Assembly (NCBI GenBank): GCA_965248575.1 | Contig: CBDFJQ010000002.1 | Coordinates: 1,056,001 to 1,120,000, forward strand | Source: Planctomycetota bacterium | GTDB taxonomy: Bacteria; Planctomycetota; B15-G4 | Reading direction: 5' to 3' | Length of the DNA: 64,000 bases | Part shown: positions 30,164-38,771 of the stretch, piece by piece | Position numbering within the stretch: the stretch's first letter is position 1 | How the letters are laid out: the number at the start of each line of letters is the position of its first letter | The notes under the pieces: model-generated | Databases searched by the model: none | What the model was told of the DNA's origin: nothing | What the model saw: only the letters and a program-made list of their open reading frames with translations | Made by a program: the position numbers and the translations under genes

Positions 30164-33100
30164 ATGATGAAGACCTTCAAGTTCACGCTGCTGTCCGCCG
30201 GCCTCGCTCTGTCCCTGACTGCCTGTTTTGGCAGCGGTGGGGGTGGTGGGGGTGGAGGCGACAGCAAGCCATCTGCGTTCCAGGAGATCATCACGACCGC
30301 GACGACGGGCGCTGATGGCAGCTGGGGGCGCGTCGACATCCTTGACGGCGGCACACCGGTGCTGGTGCCGGGCGACCCGACGGATCCCGGGAACATCGCT
30401 CCGAACCCCGCCAAGCGTGCCCTGCTCGACACCTTCATGAAGACGCAGACGGACCTGAACGGGGACCTCGTCGACAATGATGCGGACGGCATCGCCGACG
30501 CAGATGTCGGATTCGATGCCTACACCACGGGCACGAGTACACAGACTGGGTCCTCCAAGCGCATCTTCGCTGCCAACAACATCTACGACCTGTTCCAGAC
30601 CACCACGGGTCGGACGATAGGTGGCATCCCCACTTTGAATACCTCGGCACCACCCTTCACGGGTGGGGACCGGGATGCCGACGGAATCACGGATGGTGGC
30701 CCGGGCGTCTTCGCCAATGTGCCCTTCTCCATCATTCCGTCGCTCCCGACGTTGCCCAACTTCATGGGCACCCCGGACGGCAGCGGCTCCGGCCGTGGGC
30801 CGGGCGTCGGCGACGACCAGCACCAGTTCATCCAGATCGAGTTCCCGTTCAAGTTGAACCGCGACAGCCTGTTCAACTTCTTGGATCAGGGGAACTCCTT
30901 CTTGGGTGACCCCAGTGACCCCGGCAACGTGATCATCGAGAAGCGCTGGGTCTCGCGCCCCGATGCTGCCGACCAGGTCAACGTCATCGACCACACCTTC
31001 GAGCACGCCCACGTGCCCGGCATCGCCATCATCGGCGGCATCTGCGCCGTGCCCCTGCAACAGGGTTTCTCCACGCTCACCACGATCGATCCCGACCTGA
31101 GCAACATCCCTGAAGGTGCGCGCGCCAAGCTGCTCGATCCGAGGGTCCTGACGTACATCGCGCATGAGGCGCCCGGGACCATCACGACGGCCAACCCCGT
31201 GGGCAGCACGGCGGGACACATCACTCCGGATGGCGTGCTGGTCCTCCCCGACCCCTCCACGGGTTTGGGTGGGCGCGTCTTCGGAGCCAACACCACGGTG
31301 CCCAGTTCGGTCAACGACTTCGCCGCCGATGGCAACGCCATCCCATCCGCAGCCGTGGGCTTCATGTCCGTCAACATCACGCACCTGCGCAAGGGCAACG
31401 AGCTGGTCGAGTACCCCTACTTCCACTCGTTCCCCATGAGTCAGACCAGCGTGGGCATGGACCCCTTGGCCATCAATGGCTCCTTCAACCGCGGCCCCGC
31501 CATTGAAGTGGATGCCATCAGTCGCATCCCCGCCATCGATGTGATGGATCCGTCCGTTGACTACCTGGGCAACTTCGACCCCAACCCGGTGGACGACACC
31601 GTCAACACGGTTTCGACCAAGGCGCGCTTCGTGGTCAACTTCGACAAGGAAGTGGTGCCCAACTCCGTGGGCTTCTCGAAGGCCTACACCATCCACTCGG
31701 TGGCGGGCCAGGGCCTGGTGTTTCCCTTCAACGGCAACACGCGGCCCATCCCCAGCCCGGCCGGAAGCTTCACCTTGGGCGTGATCGGCGCACCGCTCGC
31801 TCCGAGCATCTACATCGCCGTGAACCAGCCGGTCCAGGTCGCCGTGAACAACCCCTTTGTGAAGAGCGGGGGGACCACTACGGACGCGGGTGACCCCATC
31901 GCAAACCTGGCTGACCCCAACTTCAACATGAACCTGTTGAACGGGCTGTTCCCCCAGGAGCACAACACGCTGGCGACCCTGCCTCGCGGTGTCGTGCCTT
32001 GCGACATCTACCCGCGGAACCAGAACAACCTCCAGTCGTATGTGATCGAACCATTGGTCGATCTGCCGCCGAACGCTGTGATCACCATTGGTGTCTGCAT
32101 GCAAGGACTGGGCATGTCCAACCTGCTGTTGCCCGACACCGTCCCGAACGCACCGTCCAACCACGGTAACTTCACCCGTTCCGGCACCTTGTTCACCCCA
32201 TGGCAGGGCCTCACGGCTCTCGGCCTCGGTGACTCCACCGTTTCCTTGAAGCAGGTCACGCTGGCCAACCAGACCATCATCAAGGTCAACGCGGGTCCCA
32301 TGGACCTGGAGGGCAACCTGTTCTTCGGCGGCACCGGTGTGGTGCTGGACACGCTGATCGACGGCGACACCACCAACGACCTGACCATGGGTGGTTGGAA
32401 CGTCGGTCGTACCTTCCTGGTCGGCGACGACCAGGTGCGCGGCTACGTCAACGCTCCTGTGGCACCGCAGGCTCTCGTCGTCGGCTTCGGCGGAGACGGC
32501 CTCGGTGTGCTCGACCTCAACGGAGAGGGCTACAACACCAACGCACCGCTGGGGGCACTCGCCAACGTCGGCTCGGCCAACAAGCTCATCACCTCGCGCT
32601 ATCTCCCGCCGTCCGTGACCGGCTCCACCTCCAACGTCAACTGGGATGCCAGCAGCTCCCAGGCCGGCGGCGCCAACCAACGCGCCTTCGGAATCCTCGG
32701 ACGCTACACCTCGGGTGGTTGTCAGTGTGGTCAGGTCAGTTACGAGTCGGAGCTCGCAAGCGGCCTCGGTATTCCCACTGGCCCCATTGCGGGCAAGCGG
32801 GCTCCGGGCGTGAACGAAGGTTCGTCCGGCTACGAGACCATGGTGCGCTCCTCCAAGGGCAGCCAGTTCCTGACGGATCCGTCCAAGCTCGGCCTGGTTC
32901 GTGACATCCTGGTGGGCCAGTTCCTCGACACCGTCTACTTCGATGTGCAGAACCCCTTCACCTTCATCGGCCACGTGACGTACATCACGCCGCTGCAGAC
33001 GGGTGTGCCCAGCAACCTGATCTCCGATCCGCCGGTGCCGAACCCGCCACCGCTGCGCTTCCCCGAAGGCCTGCCCCACACGGCAGTCATCTTCGATCAG

Positions 33101-34615
33101 GCAGAGCTGACGGAGGACCCGGTCGTGATCACGGGCTCTGAGGTCTTCGGTCGCGACTACCTGATGCGCTTCGACGACGGAACCGGCATCTCGCCCTTCA
33201 CGTGGCCTGGCAACGTGATGCTGAACCTGAACCCGACGTCCAACGCGTCCAACCCCAACTCCTTCGACATCCCGCTGCTTCCGAACGCTGGTTTCCCCAG
33301 CCCCTTCCTCGGTGAGATCAACTTCCCGACGAAGTTCCTGCAGACGGGCCCGATGCCGAAGACCACCACGGCTGGAACGGTCGTGCTGACGGCGCTGAAC
33401 ACCATCGCCGTGGGCAGCGGTTTCCCGGGTGGCCTGAAGGCGCCCTCCTATCAGTCACGTCAGCAGATCGGAAACTTCCTGTTCGTGACGGATGGCGTGA
33501 ACAAGCAGTTGCACGCGGTGAACTCCAACAACATGGAAGTGCTGGAGTCGCTCAACCTGCCTGACCCCTATGGGCTGGGCCTCTCCCCTGAGGGAGGGTT
33601 GCTGTACGTGAGCAACGAGGGCAACAACACCTTGTCGGTGGTGGGCGCCGATCCTCGGAACCCCAGCACGTTCATGACGGAGTTGACCCGTGTCACCGTG
33701 GGTGAAGGCCCCCGTGCCGTTGCGGTCTCGCCGGACAACGAAGACGTCTTCGTGCTCAACCGTCTCGGCAACACCGTCAGCATCGTTGACACGGGAACCA
33801 ACACGGTGCGTCGCACCCTGACCCAGTCCGGCATCAACCGGCCGAATGACGTGTGCGTCGGCATGCGCGAGTTCGGTGGGGGCCCGGCCTTCCAGAGCGG
33901 CACCTATCACGGCTTCATCTCGAACGGTGGTGGCGACAACATCCTCATCTACGAGGGTGGACCGTCCGGTATCGCTGGCATCGGCTTCGACAACATCCTG
34001 GGCGGCATCGCCCCGAATGAGCCGCCGCAGCTCGGTGCACCCGTCCTGAACAAGATGAACAACCCGCGCGGCATCGTGTACGACCCGAACACGCCTCTGG
34101 ACGGCTTCGCACACACCATCGGTGCGTTCGTGGCTCACCAGGACGCCGTGGCCGGCAACGCCATGATCAGCCGCATTGCCTACACGGCGGACAGCAGCCC
34201 GGGTCAGGTGACCTTCAACGCCAACAACGCCAGCCCTGGTTTTGGTGAGAAGGTGTTCAACATCGTGCAGCAGTACGTGTCCACGTCCACGGGCACGGCC
34301 TTCGATGTGGCCTTGCCTGACTACAACCGGGACATCTACGAGAACAGCAACTTCAACTCGCACTACAACCTGTTGAACGCTGGCGGGACCACCTACAGCA
34401 TCGGTGGCCAGAACATCGCTCGGAACAGCAAGTACCCGCTGGCCAGCAACATCGTCCCGGTCTTCATCAACGGTCCTCGCTGGGACCCGGACCGGGTCTA
34501 CCTGTCCATCGGCGGTGGCACCATTGACGTCTTCGATGTCGATTCCGGTATCCGCCTCAAGACGGTCCAGACGGATTCAAACGCCACCATCATGGCTTCC
34601 TACTTCGAACAGTAG
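30164..34615 (+). CDS. 1483-aa surface lipoprotein with Ig-like segments and a C-terminal YVTN/YncE-type beta-propeller
   Basis: Lipobox LTAC followed by a poly-Gly tether; DxDxDG-like motifs; FVVNFDKEV..IEPLVDLPPN (Ig-like); LYVSNEGNNTLSVV, VGEGPRAVAVSPD..VFVLNRLGNTVSIVD blades; rich in N/G/P/T/V. Confidence 0.8.
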   Translation: MMKTFKFTLLSAGLALSLTACFGSGGGGGGGGDSKPSAFQEIITTATTGADGSWGRVDILDGGTPVLVPGDPTDPGNIAPNPAKRALLDTFMKTQTDLNGDLVDNDADGIADADVGFDAYTTGTSTQTGSSKRIFAANNIYDLFQTTTGRTIGGIPTLNTSAPPFTGGDRDADGITDGGPGVFANVPFSIIPSLPTLPNFMGTPDGSGSGRGPGVGDDQHQFIQIEFPFKLNRDSLFNFLDQGNSFLGDPSDPGNVIIEKRWVSRPDAADQVNVIDHTFEHAHVPGIAIIGGICAVPLQQGFSTLTTIDPDLSNIPEGARAKLLDPRVLTYIAHEAPGTITTANPVGSTAGHITPDGVLVLPDPSTGLGGRVFGANTTVPSSVNDFAADGNAIPSAAVGFMSVNITHLRKGNELVEYPYFHSFPMSQTSVGMDPLAINGSFNRGPAIEVDAISRIPAIDVMDPSVDYLGNFDPNPVDDTVNTVSTKARFVVNFDKEVVPNSVGFSKAYTIHSVAGQGLVFPFNGNTRPIPSPAGSFTLGVIGAPLAPSIYIAVNQPVQVAVNNPFVKSGGTTTDAGDPIANLADPNFNMNLLNGLFPQEHNTLATLPRGVVPCDIYPRNQNNLQSYVIEPLVDLPPNAVITIGVCMQGLGMSNLLLPDTVPNAPSNHGNFTRSGTLFTPWQGLTALGLGDSTVSLKQVTLANQTIIKVNAGPMDLEGNLFFGGTGVVLDTLIDGDTTNDLTMGGWNVGRTFLVGDDQVRGYVNAPVAPQALVVGFGGDGLGVLDLNGEGYNTNAPLGALANVGSANKLITSRYLPPSVTGSTSNVNWDASSSQAGGANQRAFGILGRYTSGGCQCGQVSYESELASGLGIPTGPIAGKRAPGVNEGSSGYETMVRSSKGSQFLTDPSKLGLVRDILVGQFLDTVYFDVQNPFTFIGHVTYITPLQTGVPSNLISDPPVPNPPPLRFPEGLPHTAVIFDQAELTEDPVVITGSEVFGRDYLMRFDDGTGISPFTWPGNVMLNLNPTSNASNPNSFDIPLLPNAGFPSPFLGEINFPTKFLQTGPMPKTTTAGTVVLTALNTIAVGSGFPGGLKAPSYQSRQQIGNFLFVTDGVNKQLHAVNSNNMEVLESLNLPDPYGLGLSPEGGLLYVSNEGNNTLSVVGADPRNPSTFMTELTRVTVGEGPRAVAVSPDNEDVFVLNRLGNTVSIVDTGTNTVRRTLTQSGINRPNDVCVGMREFGGGPAFQSGTYHGFISNGGGDNILIYEGGPSGIAGIGFDNILGGIAPNEPPQLGAPVLNKMNNPRGIVYDPNTPLDGFAHTIGAFVAHQDAVAGNAMISRIAYTADSSPGQVTFNANNASPGFGEKVFNIVQQYVSTSTGTAFDVALPDYNRDIYENSNFNSHYNLLNAGGTTYSIGGQNIARNSKYPLASNIVPVFINGPRWDPDRVYLSIGGGTIDVFDVDSGIRLKTVQTDSNATIMASYFEQ

Positions 34616-34640
34616 GACCCCGGTCTGACAGGAAGGACAA

Positions 34641-34664
34641 GACCTGGGCCCTCCAGCCCGGGTC
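34641..34664 (+). terminator. Hairpin after the giant lipoprotein gene
   Basis: GACCTGGGC-cctcca-GCCCGGGTC, 9-bp stem with one G-U, no U-tract. Confidence 0.3.
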
Positions 34665-34672
34665 ACGAGAAC

Positions 34673-35407
34673 ATGCCGAGCACGGTTCCCGATCCTCGTT
34701 CGCCTCATCGAGGTCGGGCCGTGCGAGGCATGTTCGCCTCCATCGCGCCCCGCTACGACCTGCTCAACCGCCTGCTCTCCATGGGGATGGACCAGCGTTG
34801 GCGCACAGCGCTCGTGGGTTGCCTGCCGTCCCTGAGCCCGGGCCAGCGGGTGCTCGACCTGTGCACCGGAACCGGCGATGTGGCGCGCGCCCTGGCGCCG
34901 GCCCTGCCCGAAGGGGCCCATCTGCACGCCAGCGACTTCTGCGAAGAGATGGTCGTCCGGGCACCCAGCAAATTCTCGGAGCAAGACGCGCCCTGCTTCA
35001 CGGTGGGGGACGCCATGCTGCTGCCCTACCTGGACGCCAGCTTCCGGGCCGTCTCGGTCGCCTTCGGCCTGCGCAACATCGAGCAGCCCCCCGTGGGTCT
35101 GGCCGAAATGGCCCGGGTGCTCGAGCCAGGTGGCCGATTGCTGATCCTGGAGTTCAGTCGTCCCGAACGAAGACTTTTCTCAGCCTTCTATCGCTTCTAC
35201 TTCTTTCGCATCCTGCCCCTCATGGGACGGCTGCTCTCTGGAAGCGAAATCGACGCGTATCGCTATCTTCCCGAATCGGTGTGGGCCTTCCCCTCACCGG
35301 CGGAACTCGCCCAGGAAATGGAACGAGTCGGGCTCGCCGTCCGTGAACAACGACACTTCTTGATGGGAGCTGTCGTGCTTCACGTCGCCGAGCGAGTCCC
35401 CATGTGA
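34673..35407 (+). CDS. menG: Demethylmenaquinone methyltransferase (UbiE/MenG)
   Basis: MFASIAPRYDLLNRLLSMG.D..WR, VLDLCTGTGD, GDAMLLPY, FGLRN, ILEFS, AYRYLPES. Confidence 0.9.
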   Translation: MPSTVPDPRSPHRGRAVRGMFASIAPRYDLLNRLLSMGMDQRWRTALVGCLPSLSPGQRVLDLCTGTGDVARALAPALPEGAHLHASDFCEEMVVRAPSKFSEQDAPCFTVGDAMLLPYLDASFRAVSVAFGLRNIEQPPVGLAEMARVLEPGGRLLILEFSRPERRLFSAFYRFYFFRILPLMGRLLSGSEIDAYRYLPESVWAFPSPAELAQEMERVGLAVREQRHFLMGAVVLHVAERVPM

Positions 35408-36141
35408 AGAAACAACCCTCATCCCTGAGGGTGTATCACGAGGAATCACGGCAGATGGGGCGCTCGCTGGCCCTCGTCGTGCCCCTGCTGATCGCCTACG
35501 AGCTGACGGTCACTTTCCTGGCGCCTGAGATCCGCAACAGCGCGGAGATGGCCGTCGCGGGCTTCGTGCGCAAGCTCCCCGGCCAGGCCGTCTTCCTGTT
35601 GCGAAGCGCTAGTTTGTTGGCACTGGTCGCGGCCACCCTCTGGTGGTTTCGCGACGCACGTCCCCGCGCCAAGGTCGCCAAGCCGCACATGATGCTCACG
35701 GAGGCCCTGCTCCTGGCCGTGCTGCTCGGGCCGGCCCTGGAACGCCTTGTGGGTCGAATAGGTCTCTCGGCTGTGTCTGTCGACCAGCTGCCCCCCGACC
35801 CCGCGTGGCTGCCCTTCCTGCTCAGCGTCGGCGCCGGTCTGTGGGAGGAGATCGTGTTCCGCCTGGGATTGCTGGGCGGTCTCTTCGTCCTGCTGCGGCG
35901 GTTGGCCCGCTTGCACCCACGCTCGGCGGTGGGGATCGGCATCCTGGTCTCCGCCCTCCTGTTCGCCCTCTATCACCACATGGGCGACGCTGGCGAACCG
36001 TTCATAGCCAGTCGATTCGCGTTCAGGGCCTTCGCCGGTACAATCCTCGGCCTTCTGTTTGCATGGCGAGGACTCGCCATCGTGGTCTATATGCACGTCT
36101 TCTACGACTTGCTCTGCGATCTGCGCATGCTGCTTCTCTGA
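35404..36141 (+). CDS. CPBP-family intramembrane glutamic protease (CAAX protease-like)
   Basis: EEIVFR, FALYHH, HVFYD motifs; multiple TM segments. Confidence 0.85.
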   Translation: MKKQPSSLRVYHEESRQMGRSLALVVPLLIAYELTVTFLAPEIRNSAEMAVAGFVRKLPGQAVFLLRSASLLALVAATLWWFRDARPRAKVAKPHMMLTEALLLAVLLGPALERLVGRIGLSAVSVDQLPPDPAWLPFLLSVGAGLWEEIVFRLGLLGGLFVLLRRLARLHPRSAVGIGILVSALLFALYHHMGDAGEPFIASRFAFRAFAGTILGLLFAWRGLAIVVYMHVFYDLLCDLRMLLL

Positions 36142-36154
36142 CGAGCGACACCTC

Positions 36155-36745
36155 ATGACTCCGAGCCCGGTCCTGGTTGCGATCACGGGCGCCTCTGGAG
36201 CCATCTATGGCGTGCGCCTGGTCCAACGGCTGTTGGCCTGCGGCCTCCCGACGGACGTCATCTGTTCTTCAGCCGGGCGACGAGTCCTGGCCCTGGAGCA
36301 CGAGCTGTCGGGCGAACCGGCAGACTGGTTTCCGGAGGGAGTTCCGGAGGGGCTGCGATCGTTCTCGAACGGCGACATCGCCGCACCTCCCGCGAGCGGG
36401 AGCCGTGCCCCCCGAGCCATGATCGTGGCACCCTGCTCCATGGGAAGCGTAGGCCGCATCGCGGCGGGCATTTCCGGGAACCTCATCGAACGCTGTGCCG
36501 ATGTGATGCTCAAGGAGCAGCAGCCCCTGGTGCTCGTCCCCCGGGAATCGCCGCTCAGCACGATCCATCTGGCCAACATGCTTCGACTCGCCGAAGCGGG
36601 AGCGCGCATGGTGCCCGCCATGCCAGCCTTCTACACGCATCCCAAGACCCTCGAGGACGGCATCGCCTTCGTGGTCGACCGGGCCATCGTCGCCGCGGGG
36701 CTCGACATCCCCCTGCGGGATCGCTGGGAAAGCCCCACGCCATGA
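36155..36745 (+). CDS. ubiX: Flavin prenyltransferase
   Basis: AITGASGAIYG, PASGS, APCSM, DVMLKE, PRESPL, PAMPAFY. Confidence 0.93.
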   Translation: MTPSPVLVAITGASGAIYGVRLVQRLLACGLPTDVICSSAGRRVLALEHELSGEPADWFPEGVPEGLRSFSNGDIAAPPASGSRAPRAMIVAPCSMGSVGRIAAGISGNLIERCADVMLKEQQPLVLVPRESPLSTIHLANMLRLAEAGARMVPAMPAFYTHPKTLEDGIAFVVDRAIVAAGLDIPLRDRWESPTP

Positions 36746-37632
36746 ACCGCCTCACGAGCCTCTCATCGATCCTGGCGGACATCCGGCTCTCGCACTCCAT
36801 CTTCGCCTTGCCGTTCGCCGCCATCGGGCTGACGATCGGGGCTCGAGCACAGTGGCCTGGCTGGGCCTTCTGCGGCTTCATCGTGCTAGCCATGGTGAGT
36901 GCGCGCTCGGCGGCCATGGCCTTCAACCGCCTCGTGGATCACCGCTTCGACGAGACCAACCCCCGCACCCAGGGCAGGGCGCTGCCGTCTGGCCGGGTGA
37001 GCCGCCGTGCGATGGTCAGCTTCCTCGTGGCCTGCTCCGCCGTGTTCCTGGCGAGCGCGAGCTGGTTCGGGACGATGTGCTTCGTCTTGTCGCCGCTCGT
37101 GCTCTTGGCGCTGTTCGGCTACTCGCTCACGAAGCGCTTCACGATGTGGGCCCACGCCTTCGTGGGCTTCGCGCTCGCCCTCTCACCCCCGGCCGCCTAC
37201 CTCGCCGCGCGTGGCACGGTCGATGCCGACGTGAGCGGAGTGCTCTGGCTGGCACTCGCCGTCCTGCTCTGGGTCACGGGCTTCGACATCATCTATGCCT
37301 GCCAGGACGTCGAGCATGACCGGCAGGAACAGCTCCACTCACTGCCGTCCCGCCTGGGCATCGCTCGTGCGCTGAACCTCGCCCGCTGGGTCCACCTCGG
37401 GATGGTGGCCGCCCTCTGCTTCGCAGTGCTTGGCCAGGGCTGGGGCCCCCTCTCCTGGTCCGCCGTCGCACTGGTCAGCGTGTTGCTGCTCGTGGAGCAC
37501 GGCATGGTCTCGCCCAAGGACCTGAGCCGGGTCAACGCCTCCTTCTTCACCGTGAATGGTGCTGTCAGCGTCCTGTTCTCGCTGCTCGTGGCCATGGACA
37601 TCATCGGTAGGGCGGATCAGCTTTGGCCATAA
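36742..37632 (+). CDS. UbiA-family polyprenyltransferase (MqnP-like, futalosine menaquinone pathway)
   Basis: HSIFALPFA, ARSAAMAFNRLVD..FD..NPRT.GR, YSLTKRFT, GFDIIYACQD, FFTVNG. Confidence 0.88.
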   Translation: MNRLTSLSSILADIRLSHSIFALPFAAIGLTIGARAQWPGWAFCGFIVLAMVSARSAAMAFNRLVDHRFDETNPRTQGRALPSGRVSRRAMVSFLVACSAVFLASASWFGTMCFVLSPLVLLALFGYSLTKRFTMWAHAFVGFALALSPPAAYLAARGTVDADVSGVLWLALAVLLWVTGFDIIYACQDVEHDRQEQLHSLPSRLGIARALNLARWVHLGMVAALCFAVLGQGWGPLSWSAVALVSVLLLVEHGMVSPKDLSRVNASFFTVNGAVSVLFSLLVAMDIIGRADQLWP

Positions 37633-38771
37633 AGCGCGCCACCTTCATCGACATCTGGGGCGCAGCCATCCGGCAACTCGCCCAGGATGACCTCCCGCCC
37701 ATGACGGTCATCGCGGGCGAGAATCCCTTCGTGAAGGAACGCCTGATCCGTGCAGCCCTGCAGCAGATGGACGGTGACGTCGAGGTCTTCGCGACGCGCC
37801 AGGGCGAGCCACCCGCCTCCGCCATGCGCCGCATGCAGGACCTGTGGGCCACCCGCTCCCTCTTCGGTGGCGGCCAGCTGATCCTGGCCCGGGATGCCGA
37901 CGCCTTGGTCAAGGGCAATGGGCTGAAGCAGCTTGGGGCCATCCTCAGCGAGGGGCCACCACCCAACCGCTTGCTGATCACCGTGCAGTCCCTCGACGGG
38001 CGCAGCAAGCTGGCGAAGGCTCTCAAGACGCAGAACGGGTTCATCAACCTGCCGGTGCTTCGGGATGCGCCGCCGCCCTGGCACGACGGCGGCCCCTTCC
38101 TCGAGACCGACCTCAACCAGTGGATCGCTGCAGAGGGCAAGGCCCAGGGCTTGCAGGTCTCGCTCGCCGTGGCAGGCGAACTCGCCAAGCGGATCGGCAA
38201 TGAGCCCGGGCGCCTTGCACAGAAGCTGCAACAACTGGCAACCCTGCTGGGTGAGCGCACCCAACTCAGCGCCAAGGACGTGACGGAGTTCGTGCCCTTC
38301 TCTTCCGTGCGCATCCTGAGCCTCTACGAAGAGGCCCTGATTGCGGGGGACATCACAGCCGCTTTGCAACTGGTGGACCGCATGGTGCACGACGGCGTGT
38401 ACGACCCCTTCATGCGCCTGGTGTCCGGATCGGCTGTCTCGGAGACCGTGCTGCGCGGCCTCACCTCCGGGCTCGCCCGCGTCTACGAGGCACACGAACG
38501 GCTGGGGCCCGCGCTCGTGCAGGCTGTCTCCGACAAGCCCTGGCAACGATCCAAAGCTGACAGCGCGGCCCTCGATGAGGCGCTCGGCCGTGGGGGCAGG
38601 CGCGTGTTCCTGGAACGGGACCTGAAGCGGATGCCGCTGGCCTCGGCGCGCTCGGCGTTTGAAGTGGCGCTGGACGGCTTGCGTCGGCTGCGAGATGGAC
38701 GCGGGCTCTCCCTGCACGCACACACAGTGCGCCTCGGACAGGCCTACCGCTCCGGATCGAGAAACCGATGA
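37623..38771 (+). CDS. holA: DNA polymerase III delta subunit (divergent)
   Basis: VIAGENPFV, SLFGG..LI, LDGRSKL.K, W.....G, KL..L pattern of HolA. Confidence 0.65.
   Translation: MAIKRATFIDIWGAAIRQLAQDDLPPMTVIAGENPFVKERLIRAALQQMDGDVEVFATRQGEPPASAMRRMQDLWATRSLFGGGQLILARDADALVKGNGLKQLGAILSEGPPPNRLLITVQSLDGRSKLAKALKTQNGFINLPVLRDAPPPWHDGGPFLETDLNQWIAAEGKAQGLQVSLAVAGELAKRIGNEPGRLAQKLQQLATLLGERTQLSAKDVTEFVPFSSVRILSLYEEALIAGDITAALQLVDRMVHDGVYDPFMRLVSGSAVSETVLRGLTSGLARVYEAHERLGPALVQAVSDKPWQRSKADSAALDEALGRGGRRVFLERDLKRMPLASARSAFEVALDGLRRLRDGRGLSLHAHTVRLGQAYRSGSRNR

Noticed and set aside
30229..30260. G-rich repeat as a contingency locus or G-quadruplex
   Set aside because: Explained by the in-frame poly-Gly tether after the lipobox, which uses mixed codons
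30101..33079. 992-aa antisense ORF opposite the giant lipoprotein
   Set aside because: Codon-aligned shadow of a biased high-GC gene; rich in V/G/H/D/R with no recognisable domain, promoter or RBS
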